The notes below the pieces were generated by a model. The model was not told where the DNA came from and made no database searches. It worked only from the letters and a program-made list of their open reading frames with translations. This document shows positions 33,886-45,009 of a DNA stretch of 64,000 bases, one piece after another. Each line of letters opens with the position of its first letter. The stretch's first letter is position 1. The stretch comes from Fimicolochytrium jonesii (lineage: Eukaryota). The DNA lies in NCBI RefSeq assembly GCF_025526975.1, contig NW_026515693.1, positions 372,001-436,000 of the forward strand, given 5' to 3'. Position numbers and translations under genes: made by a program.

Positions 33886-34560
33886 TTGAAGTACACGTAC
33901 TCGGACGCCACGAGCATGCTGATGGACGAGGAGACGATGCTTCCTGGTTCCCGAGTCGGTGATCCAGCCGAGTCTTGGATCCCGGCAGATGAGTTGCCGC
34001 GTTTTGGAGTAGAGAGTTCTTCTATAAGCTGCTTGGCATGCACGAGGAGTTTGGGAAAAAGAAGGAGAGAAATCCAGCGACACATCGGCACCCGAAAACA
34101 TTTGGAAAACGTACTGGTGCATGTGAATGAGATTCGTACCTCGGTTATGCCTAACTCGGAGAATCATGTCCACGGAGTCCCATTCAACGAGCCCGATCCG
34201 AGCGGCCTCTTCAACTTCCTGGGATCTTCACAGTCAGATCTCTGCGACAGAGCGTCAGTACTAGTAGAACCAATCCCAGACATGACGGAAGAACAACAAC
34301 ATCCGATGGCCAGCAACGAATCAGTCAATGCGTTGAATGATCTGGATGATCCTCTCCTCCGCATCCTGGATAACATTGAGGTGGACTCGGCTTTTGCTCG
34401 ACATCTCCAGAGTCTTTCGGTTACCGATGCACCACTGCACCTCCATTTGATGAACACAGGCCATGCAACGGATGCCACAATGGACACTTTTTGATTTCCA
34501 TTCCCAGTCAATCAAACGCCAGTTACAATCACGGCCACTGTTTTCATTAATCTCCCCCGA
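33886..34560 (+). mobile_element. Zinc-finger-bearing N-terminal fragment of a probable CACTA-like transposase
   Basis: CLAC...RHIGTRKH C2H2-type finger, an acidic linker, then a stop followed by FPFP...FINLPR. This layout is typical of fungal CACTA-like transposase N-termini. Confidence 0.45.
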
Positions 34561-37176
34561 TGTACTGTATGTTTATGCAAAGGCAGGCAGCGCAACCATC
34601 CCTCCCCGCCATCGCAGAACTTAATGTTAGGGTTATCAACAGGTTTCTGGCATGCATGTCCGCCTAGTGCTTTTCGACACAGCGTTAAAAAATGGCGGTA
34701 TGGTTTTAAAAGATACATCATGAGGGATAAATGAGCGACTGTACATGTAGTGAAACCCACAATGATGAGGTTGAACTAGACTACGAAGATTATTTGAACC
34801 TTGGCAGCGACAATTAATTGTGACGCATCTGCAGGACCAAAGTCGAAGAAGACCCCCCGATCCAGCGTCTTTTCGGAGGTGCCGCAACCGGCGTTGATTT
34901 GCCCATCGTGTGAACGTTGCATGAGTGGGTCCTGCGTCCATTCGCCAGTTACATCACTCTTCTCCATCTGTCGCATCTTCACGTCGTTAATTCGCTTGCG
35001 GTCTCAGTGTGGGCGGGGTCGGCGGTCAAAACCTCATCGTACATCGCGCGCACGCGCGCCGCAATTGACTCCAAATGGAATCCGTCGACGCTGCCTGAGG
35101 AGGGCGGCCTCCTTCTCCAGGCGGAGAATCCGCGCTTCCCTCGAGGTGTCCCTCGCAGCTTCCCTTGCGGCGCTCTCGGCGGCTGCCTCCTAGGCGGGCG
35201 AACCGCGCTGCATTGGCCTGGTTTTCAGCTTCCAGTTCCGCAAGCTTCTCCAGCACTTGGTTGCCAATGGATGGTGCGCTGAGGGGAGTTGTGGTCGGGC
35301 CGTCAGACTTGGTCCGGCAACGCTTAGGGAGTCGCCCGCGAGGAAGGAGCGGTGGCGGACCACGCCGGAGGGGCAACACTAGGAGCCAGGCATTGCACTT
35401 ATGTCAAGAATAATTTCGACCGACGAGGAAGCAGTAGCGGCCGCGGACGAGGACGAGGCGGGCGGACTTTTGCATTTTGATCTGCGAACTGGGTGAAGAT
35501 GGTATGATGATAGGTTGTCGGGTACTGGAGTGTGGGGTGTCGTCGGGCTGAGTCGCTTGCCATATTCCAGTACCCTTGACCACCCCTCCATGGTCTTGTC
35601 CGAGGAGCCGCCACCGGGATTGATTTGGGTTCGCGGACCAGAAAGCGGAGGCAAAAATAGGTAGTCAAATGTGAAAGGAGGAGAAAAGAAAAGGTAGGCA
35701 ATACATCAGTAACTTGTTACGGGGCTGGCAATGCGGCACAAGGTCACAGATTGCGGAAAGAGGCCCCCGCCATTCCACTACTAACTTGGCGAAACCAAGA
35801 GAGCACAACCGCAATTCCCTACAGGTCCGTAGACAGTAGCTCGGAAATCACGGAAGAGTAAGGACCCGTTTGCAGTGCCTCGGCCAGCCCTTCAGGCGCA
35901 TAACATACGCCTTTCAAGCAAACCTGACAAGCCAAACCGCAGTCCAGACTTCATGAAACAGCAGGGCTAAAATTAACCTCCAGCGGAGTTGCAAGAACTC
36001 CAGTGTGGCTATAAAGTCAGGGATGCACGTTGATCCAGGCTACCCCACCATCCCCCGATATATACGCATACGCCCCTCCTCTGAACGTATAACACCTTGC
36101 CAAGGCGGATGTGGAATCCAATATCGGAGGGGCCTAAGCTCCCTGGTTCTGCCAAAGCAGAAACGCAGGAGCAAAGGACCGGAAGTGCCTGTGTGAACAG
36201 GCACCCCCAGGCTTGACCCGGGACGCCATCCACCTTTACCAATGGGGAAAACACATGCGCTGGGAGTTTGGGAGAGATCACACTCACCTGCGATCACAAA
36301 AGGAGACGGCCTCGCAGCCGGCCGCCGGTGGGGTCGATGGGACCAACGTGAGTGTAACGTGAGTGTTCTTGCAGGCGCAAAAAATCCGGGGGGAGCTTGG
36401 GGCATGACTTGGGAGAGCTGAGAGCCTGTGGGACGTGCGAATTGGCTCTCGTTTGCATCGCCACTACCCGCTGGGGTGATGGGTCAAGCGCTATGGGAAA
36501 GGGAACAATTCAGACGGCCGCAGTCTCGAAATCGTACGATGAGTGTGGGAAAAGAGACCGTACTTACGTCCATAGTTGTAGTTGAGTATGCAGCGAGGTA
36601 GAGATATGCGAGACAGCAAATAGTTTAGCAAGTGATGGTGCTGTAGCGATGCGAGCGGGGATCTCTGGTGGGAATTGAAGGGAGACCTGGATGTCTGGAA
36701 GGGTGAGTTGGCGCGTGTAACTTCCCTATACCGATTATAAGAGACAGTCCGTGGACACGCGCCCGCTTTCGGTCGATCGGCACTGGACAGCCCACTCTAT
36801 GCTGCTGATCACCCATACTGTACACTGTATTCAAGTCCTGCACTTACAAGTATGCTGTACCTGTATCTACTGCGCTAAATCAAAGCTGGACATGATGAAA
36901 ATCCACTGCCCCCGAGTCCGAGTCCCCGACGCTGTCACGCAGCGTAAAATGCATGCATGGTTTCTGCGCAATCAAGCTTATGTGAGACGCGTCGAAACTG
37001 AGGCGACTGAGTTCCCATTCCCAAGTAGCCCGAGTCGACTAGGCCCCAACATGTGCTTCCTTGTATCTCATCTTCGCCCGACATACTGATTTGTCCAAGA
37101 TCCGTTGTTTGCTCTGCATTTGTGACAATATCAATCTAAATCTTCCTTAATACATCATCGAATATCGTCGTACGCG

Positions 37177-39440
37177 ATGGCATCGAAGGAAACTACCGCG
37201 TGGCAGGATAAGCTGAACGAGTTCCTGAGGAGTCGCGATGAGGGAGATTGGAGTGGCGGAGCAATCGGGCGATATGTCAAGCCATTCTTGCCAATATCCG
37301 CTACTGCCACGGACGTGATTGCCGCGCTACGGTCGGCGCTTGAGGTAATTGAAAATGACCAGTCGTTTTCTGATGCAAAGCGAAAGAAGGCGCATCTTCT
37401 GGCAAAACAAAAGGTAAGGGGATCGACTCTCGTATTCGGATGTGCCTTGGTGATTCCTGATCACCTGGCATAATTAGACTCTGCACTCGAAAGTCCAGTC
37501 AGAAATCGACCGTCCACAGCAGCTGTCCACCACATCCGCAACCCGCATTCGCGTTGAAAAGTCCAAGGGCGCTGTGATTGCCAACAATGGTGTTGGAAAT
37601 AGTGGCAACACCATCTCAAATACATTCACGGTGCGTTGCTCCCAACTCATAATGAAATGACGCGCGTTCCATTGAATTCGTCGTTGTTGATTGTGAAGGC
37701 ACCCTCTCGGAAGCTCCGCAAGCGAAAGGCGGACAGTATCACCGGAGGCGGCAGTGTCGACGCCGGCGGCGACAGCGATGGGAGTACCGACAGGGGCAAG
37801 CGCGGTGACATCAAACGTCTAATGGGGTCGGCACCGTCAAACTCGTTGATGGCAAACGGCGTCGCGCTCTGCGGAGTACCCGCGCGCCTGTCGCTCAACT
37901 ACCCAATCCTAGGAAACGCCTTGGAGGGCAACGAGTTTGATGTTGCCGAGTTGCAACCGATGACGGAATTGGCCCGTGTCCCGCTGAAGGACGTGAGGGA
38001 GGCCCTCGTCAGGCTTAAGAGCCACGGAGCGATAGATGTGGCGGCGGGGTTGAACTGCCCGTGGGAGTGAGCGAGGAATTTATGTTTGACACACCGAATA
38101 TCCTAAGGACGTGGTACGTCCTTGCGGAAATGCCAGCTTTGGCGCCACGCATCTAAACTGCCTTTCCGTTGAGCAGTTTGATGAACCGCGAGGCGGGAGT
38201 CGCGGCAACCCTCAATGGCACAGAAAGAACCATTGACCGACAGGTCTGGTCCCGATGGATGGACTTGCTGGAAGAGCCAGGGATGTTGATCCGATAGTGA
38301 GTGTGAAGCTCCCCCGTCCGTGTCCGGCTTCGGTCAAGGCATACTGATTTATTGGGGATGTCCGGCATTTGATAGCGGGGAGACCGGAAGCAGCTCGCAT
38401 CAAACGGTCCGTGGAGGGGAAACAGTTTGCCTCGTAGACTGGACGGTAAGCTTGCCGAATAGGTGTCTTGTGTGATGGGGAGGGAATTTTCTTGACCTTG
38501 TTGTTGTCTACATCACATCTGTGATTCCCCCACCAATGAGGCACGCGGAGACGAGATCCTAGCTGGCGAAAGCATCGGGGCAGCGAAAGCCGGCGAGAGA
38601 GACACGAAAATCCGAAAGTCGGCCCGGAGTGCGCAGGACACGGCCGTCCGCTTGTTGTCCCGCACCCATCGCCGCTTGGAGGTCCCGTGGATTATCTTCT
38701 TTAAGGAGATGGCGCTCGTCTTCCTTGTGAAGCCGATGAACGGGGCAGGCAATGTGTGCAAGGCCGCCTTTGTCGGCACTGTCAAGAACTTGTACCTTTC
38801 GGCGGAGGAAGACATGGTGCCCGACCTTGTGAACGGTGCTGCCATCATGCGTCTTGTCCGCGACCGGCTGGCTAGGATTCGAGTGGCACTGAACGCCACG
38901 CCAGATGTTAAGGAGCTTGTGGTCCAACCCCTAGCAGGGAAGTCGACGCCAGTCAGCAAGCGCAAGGCCGGAGCATACCGAGGGGCCCTCCTGAACTACG
39001 CGTCGCCAGCAAACTCAGCGGACATGCGTGGCGCTGCCTTGTCATCTTTCTCTCCTCTCTCTTCCGTCACGCGTCCTCCTTCCCCGCTTGCGGTGGAGCC
39101 AAGCTCCTCGGGAATGCCTCGTCCGTTGCGTTTTGGCCGTACGAACGCCCCGGCAACGTGTCCAAGCCCTTTGCTTTCTCCGCTCGCAACCGCCCGTGAG
39201 CCCATTGAGCCACATCCCATCCCGCATCCTCAGACTCCCCCGGCAGCTCTTCCCGCCGCGGTATGGGAGGACGCCTCTATGCCGGCGTATGAGCCTTTTG
39301 CCCAGGATACGCCGGAGCGCGCGTGGAGAGTGAGAATGACGACGCTTGCTGAGGACTCCGTCGTAAGGTCCACCAACATGTCCTTCGAGATCTTCTGTGC
39401 GGTGAAGGTGCTTGCAAAATCCTGGGACCGTGCTGCATGA
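37177..39440 (+). CDS. Multi-exon protein with a putative PD-(D/E)xK restriction-endonuclease-like domain; last splice junction uncertain
   Basis: GT-AG introns 37414-37477, 37631-37698, 38067-38176 and ~38297-38375 give TERTIDRQVW...RYGETGSSS...CLVDW...DEILAGE...DTKIRK. The intron starting at 38446 has only a weak in-frame acceptor (GAG at 38540). Confidence 0.55.
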
Positions 39441-39643
39441 GCAGGTCTTCAAGCTCGGTTGGTGGACCTTACGACGGACGAGGTCGACCGCATTTTCGAC
39501 GCCGTCGACGACCGCGTCAAGTTTCGCCGTCTCCAGGCAAGTCTGATGCCGTTTTGGCGTCGCTGGGTTGGCATTTGAGAAGCTATGACCAGGTTTTCTC
39601 GGTGACGGGATGTGTCATGCTGCTTGGTCTGCGTATGTTGGGG

Positions 39644-39988
39644 GCGTATTTGGCGAGTTTCTGCCGTTTGGGGATTTTTTTTGCACGTCCTTGAACAAGA
39701 ACGATTGGGTAAATCCAAAGAGCACCATATGCACACAGTACCGATGTCCAAACCTTGAGCGTAATTGGCGATTTTCTGTCGGTTGGAGGGGAGGGTAGTT
39801 TGCACGTCCCCGAGAAACGACGAGTGGGTGAATCCAAGGTGCACCATACGCACACAGTACCTATATCCAAACCTTGGAGGCGTATTTGGCGAGTATCTGC
39901 CGTTTGGGGATTTTTTTTTGCACGTCCCTGAGAAAGAACGATTGGGTGAATCCAAGATGCTCCACTCACACAATATCAATGTCCAAAA
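39644..39988. repeat. Three diverged tandem copies of a ~115-121-bp unit
   Basis: Units start GCGTA(T/A)TTGGCGA at 39644, 39759 and 39880 and share TTGCACGTCC, TGGGT(A/G)AATCCAA and TCCAAA blocks. Confidence 0.9.
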
Positions 39989-41259
39989 GTGCCCCGCCTC
40001 TAAGGATGGGTTGTTTCATATGTTGAAAGAGGTTACTTGCCTTCCCTGTTTTTGTTCACTTCACGCTCCGGACTTCTGAGGGAAGACAGATGGTAAATCC
40101 AAGACGATGGAGTACCGACCAACCGCTGCCAGAGACTTACCAAGAGAAGGGGTTGAATCTCCAATTCTCCAATGCCAGACACCGACAGATTCTGAGCTGT
40201 ACACTAGCAAAGCCGTGTTCTTCACCGGAAAGGTGATAATTTGTCGAACTAAACATGGTTCATAGTGTTCACGGATCAGGATGTCCAGCGGGGGCAAGAG
40301 GGTGAGAGGTATGCTCGAGGATGGGAGATATTTCGGTGCCATAAAGGGACATGCCAGCGGTAGGATTATGTTGAATTGGGTTCTCCCCGTCGTGGCTCAC
40401 CTTACACCTAGATTCCTGACCGAATCTTCACCGTTCCCAAATTTATGGATGGGCTCTTGCCTCGTTCTCCTTCAGACCCTCGGGGAGAGGATACCTTTCT
40501 GAAGGGGCAATTACGGTACAGGGCTTTTTGCCGCCCGTTATCGGTTTCCCACGGCAGCAGCAGTAACAGCGGGCCGGCCGCGCTGTCGAAAAGCGGTCCG
40601 CAAATACAGCTCATCATGGCACCCGTGTTCTCCAGTTGGGGTCGAAATCGACGAAGGCGATGACGGACTACTCGTTTTGCCGTGATTCAAAAATTCCAAA
40701 ACGTTTAGCGTAATTGAAGGTAATTCTCCGGATGGGGAAGAACCTTATCGGAGGTCATTTCGCACAAAACTGCGATAGTTTTGCTATAAGGAGGTTATAA
40801 TGGCGACGGAAGACCCGTTTTTCGAAATCTCCGTATCCGTAGGTCGAATTTACATTTGTATGCATGTTGGCTGATGCCATTGCCCGTGGTGCCGTGGGTG
40901 AGGTCACCGAATCATGGGCCGGTGATCCGCAGACCGCCGTCAACGCTCGCCATAACATCGCGCTGAGCATCATATTGGCGACCTTTCTTAACGATGGGGA
41001 TGCTCATCAGCATATGGATGTGACGAAGTGCTAGATCTACGACGAGAAACGCGAGGCCGAGCTGACGGAAGATCTGGCGAAGGGGTGGCCCGGCCTTGAT
41101 GACTCGGCGGGACCGAAGTGATCGGCAGGCGACTGTTACAAAGGTATCATGGAGGTATTATATAATATTGAAAAGCGCTGCTTTATCTTTCGCCAGCGCT
41201 AGAGGATGGATTTCTTTCGTAGGACAATCCAGCGTGTATCATGCACGTAGTCGAGGGCA

Positions 41260-43368
41260 TCAAGCGTCAACACCCTCCTGTCCGGCGGTGGTAAGTTTTG
41301 TATCGTCGGGACGTTCACGGAAGTCCAATAATGAAACGGGATCCCCCAGAGCGCTCAGAGGTGCAGAGGGCGTTGGTTGGCTTCCAAGTTCGGTTATCAT
41401 ATCCCTATCCGGGGTCTCCGGATGAAGTTGGTCGAAAACACCTGATAGGAGGTCCGTAAATGAAGGTGCAGTTCGTGGACTTCTTCTGGCACGCCTACGC
41501 CTCTGACCGGAAGACTCAGAGGTGTGTGAGAAATCAATGTCGCTCGACTTAGAAATGGGCCAATCGGAGTCGCCCATATCGGAAGTATCAGAGGGAGGTT
41601 CGATTCTATCGGAAGCATCAGAGGGAGGTTCCGAGAATACAGAGAGGCCATCGTCAGAGGGGGGCTCATCTTCCGAAAACAGGTTCTGCGGTAAATCGAG
41701 ATTCTTCTGGGATAAATGACGAGAATTACGGCCGATATGTGGTCTCCTGCTTGTTCGCGAAGCGATGAGGGATTTGGTATTCGTGTCGTCGGCGCCACCT
41801 CTCAGGATGAATTTGAAAACCGTGGTGTAGGGCCAGATGAGTAAACTGAAAAACTGAGATGCTACCGCAAGCAGCGCCGACGCCAACGCAAGTAAACCGC
41901 CACGTCCGCCGACAGCTTTCTTGATGCTTCTTGTTTCCTCCACGTTAACATTCACATCTGCAGAAGTGATGTACCCTGCAGCCTCGAACGCCGCCACTCG
42001 TGCGCGGTGCCTGGCCGCGTACTTCTCGTCTGATCGAAGCCGTTGCTCGACGGCCAACCCAAACTCATCTTCCCTGGAGTAATCAATGATTCGATAGTTG
42101 CCCCGGTTGATTTTCAACCCCAAATCGAGATCCTTTTCTTCAGACGGCTTTGGGAAGGACAAGCGGTAGGGCACAACCCACTCGATCAACCAACAGAAAA
42201 CCACCCCGAGGGCGCCGGCAAAAGTATTCCTGGCGGCTGAAAAACCGAGAGAGTCGTGTAGAGGAGCTCCGTGCGACTTTTCAAGTTGTCTAAAGTATTT
42301 CGCCTTTTTCTTGTGATCAACACGTAGCCCACACTTAACCGCCTCGGTGACCATCCAGTGAAGCGGGATGTCCGATGCCAAGTAGTAGTTGTCGTCAGGA
42401 TCAACTGGTTTCTTTGCCTCGTAACCTCCTCCAACGTCGCAATGATCGCCTGGAAACCACATCTCGACCACTGATTGGTCTGGCCACCTCTTGTCTTTCT
42501 CCTTCGAAGTCCCTTGGAATGACGGACCGCGACATTCTGAAACCCGACCCTCCGCTCATCAAGCGCCTTGGCATGTCGAACATGTCTGGCGTTGACCATA
42601 CTCTTTGCATTCCTGAAGTATTGAATTGGGCCAAGTCCCCCCAACCCGCTGGACACACTCGACACGGTGTCGAACACCCCAAGGAAATGAATGTCGACAT
42701 ATCGTCCAAAAGTGTTCTTAAACTCCAAGGCACGCTGCTCTCGCTCCCCGCCGGGCACTTTACCCGCACCCGTGAGGTGCTTGTAGCGCGCCCAAATATG
42801 TTCAATTTCGCAACGATTGCCAGGTGGAATCAAACCGAAGTAATATATCATGCCGCAGAGCAAGCGAGCGGCGTAGGCTCCGCGAGAAAATCCAAACAGA
42901 AAAATCTTGTCGTGCTTGACATAGTGATCCATGAGGAACTCATATGCGTTCATGACTTGCAGATCGATCGTATTGCCGGTTATTTGCTCCCAACACGCTT
43001 CGAAATAATGAGTCCATGTTACGGTGGACGTGTCTCCATATGTGCCCACACCCTATATTTGCAGATAAGGTTGATCTGGGGATAAACTCGACGATACACG
43101 AACGAAAAAACTCGCTGTTTCGGGTTTTCCCGATCCAAAAGGCTCCCGATCTTGACAACATTGGTGTCCGCATGATACCCCTGAAACTTATTGTTTGTTC
43201 CATCAAGAAGCAGCACAAGTTGTCGGCACCTCGAAACTGAAGGTGGTCTTTGAATATTAGTGGTCCTAATGATATGGGTCCTGAGATAAGTAAAGTGAGC
43301 ACCCAGGAAAGCAACGGCGGGTTCTTACTTTGTGAGTTTCTCGGGACCCTCCATAACCACTTCCGCAT
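41260..43368 (-). CDS. DUF2235 / Tle1-like alpha/beta hydrolase, apparently frameshifted; 5' end uncertain
   Basis: [67 protein letters not shown]. Frame changes near 43060-43110 and 42470-42530. Confidence 0.85.
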
Positions 43369-43973
43369 ACGATTTTGACATTGCTAGCTGGCGAATCACA
43401 AGGGAATCATGTGGCACCGACAAACGAAGGCATCGACCAATGCGCTCCTGCAAACTCCGACTTACGTGATCTCGCGGATGGTACTGTAGAATTCATTGCC
43501 GCCGAAAAACTACGCATTGTTCACCGCCGCACAAGGTAAAGACATGCTCTCACTGCCAACGACGCTACCTTAGAGAGATGCACCCACAGGCCCCAACGCC
43601 AAAACCCACATCCTCCCAATTTTCTCCGCTTGCCAGATGGAGTCATCTTAGTTTAACACACGCTCAGCACAAAGTGTATTGCGTTACTTGCTGAAGATTA
43701 TGGCTATGTAGCGAGGACATTTCACCAGTAAGCATTCCAATGTAGGTATCGTATATGGAAGGGGGATTGCGGATATTACTGTGTACGCCGGTGCGTATGG
43801 GCAAGTCGGCGGTGGCTCTGGATGCACATACATACAATTCCAAAAAAGTACACTATGCAAGTATGCCCCACTATCCACAATATGGGAACCATCTCTCGCT
43901 GACAGGAGGCCTCAACCGCACGAACCTCCCGTCGCCTCCGTCGCAATCCTTCAAGTCTAAGTCTCCTGACCCT

Positions 43974-44231
43974 TCATATATTAAATCCCTGAGCGCGCAT
44001 ACAATCCTGGTGCGCCTTGATCAACTCCACACAGTTCTCCTCGCCGTTCGCAAACACGCACTCGTCGCGCAGTTTGCGGGTGTCGGGGCATGCGCAACAG
44101 GGCTTGCATTTCGGTTTTGGTGTTTCAGGGGCTGACGCGGCGGTGGTGGTTGACAAGGTGGAGGAGTGGTGGGATGGTGGTGGTAGTGATGGCGATGGAG
44201 AGGAAGAAGGCTTGGAGTCGCTGGCGCCCAT
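43974..44231 (-). CDS. COX17: Mitochondrial copper chaperone Cox17
   Basis: [45 protein letters not shown]: CCxC plus twin CX9C-type signature. Confidence 0.95.
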   Translation of the reverse strand: MGASDSKPSSSPSPSLPPPSHHSSTLSTTTAASAPETPKPKCKPCCACPDTRKLRDECVFANGEENCVELIKAHQDCMRAQGFNI

Positions 44232-45009
44232 TGTTGCTGTTGCCGATGCCCGTTGGTGTGGAATTGAGGTGGTGGGGCGTGGAGTTCTGAGGTTTCTCGA
44301 CTCCGACGAAATCTTCCGTGTGGAACTGAGATGACGCGATTCTCCCATTACTAAGCAGAACTAGGTCGAAACTCCGCTCAACATCCAACTCGACTTGCCG
44401 TGCCAGTGCGGTAAGGTATGGGAGGTTGATATAACACTGAATTTCGTGTTGAATGCTCAGATTCAGTGATATGCTCATTCCACTAGGCGGATAGAGGGGT
44501 TTGAAAATCTCAAAGTACATGCTTCGATTCCATTCGACGAACAACGACGAACACTTCCGCCCGATCTTCCCCATGTTCTACATGGCGGCGCAACGTCAAC
44601 CACTGGATGTGCACATGTGCACACTGGCACCACCCTCATAATCAAAAACGTTCTCAAGCAGAACTAACCACATAAAAAGGACATATGGCACACGGACGGA
44701 CAAAAGGAAACAAAAAAAACATGAAGGGAAGGGACAAGACGACAGGCATCAGGGATGAAGGACATCGTTCGTGGTGAGGGGCTCATGTAGGCGCGTTTGA
44801 GTGTTGTGTGGAACGTGGAGGGAACTTGAATCGGACCGGGGGCGTGTGCGTCGCGGAAGGTCGTGTCAACTCAACGAAAACATCCCGTCCCAGAATCCCT
44901 ACTCATATCCATATCCATATCCATGCCCAGTCCCGTATCTCCCGACGTCGCTCATTGCCTCATCCATCCCATTCCCCATCCCCATGTTTCCCTCAATCAA
45001 CCAACCACC

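Noticed and set aside
35715..36094. Solo-LTR candidate (TGTTA...TAACA with an internal TATAAA)
   Set aside because: No target-site duplication, primer-binding site or second copy.
38154..38156. In-frame TAA suggesting a pseudogene or stop-codon reassignment
   Set aside because: It falls inside a plausible intron (38067-38176) with a branch-like CTAAA, pyrimidine tract and CAG. Conserved genes here use standard stops.
39644..39988. CRISPR-like array
   Set aside because: Units are similar along their whole length with no unique spacers; no cas genes; eukaryotic context.
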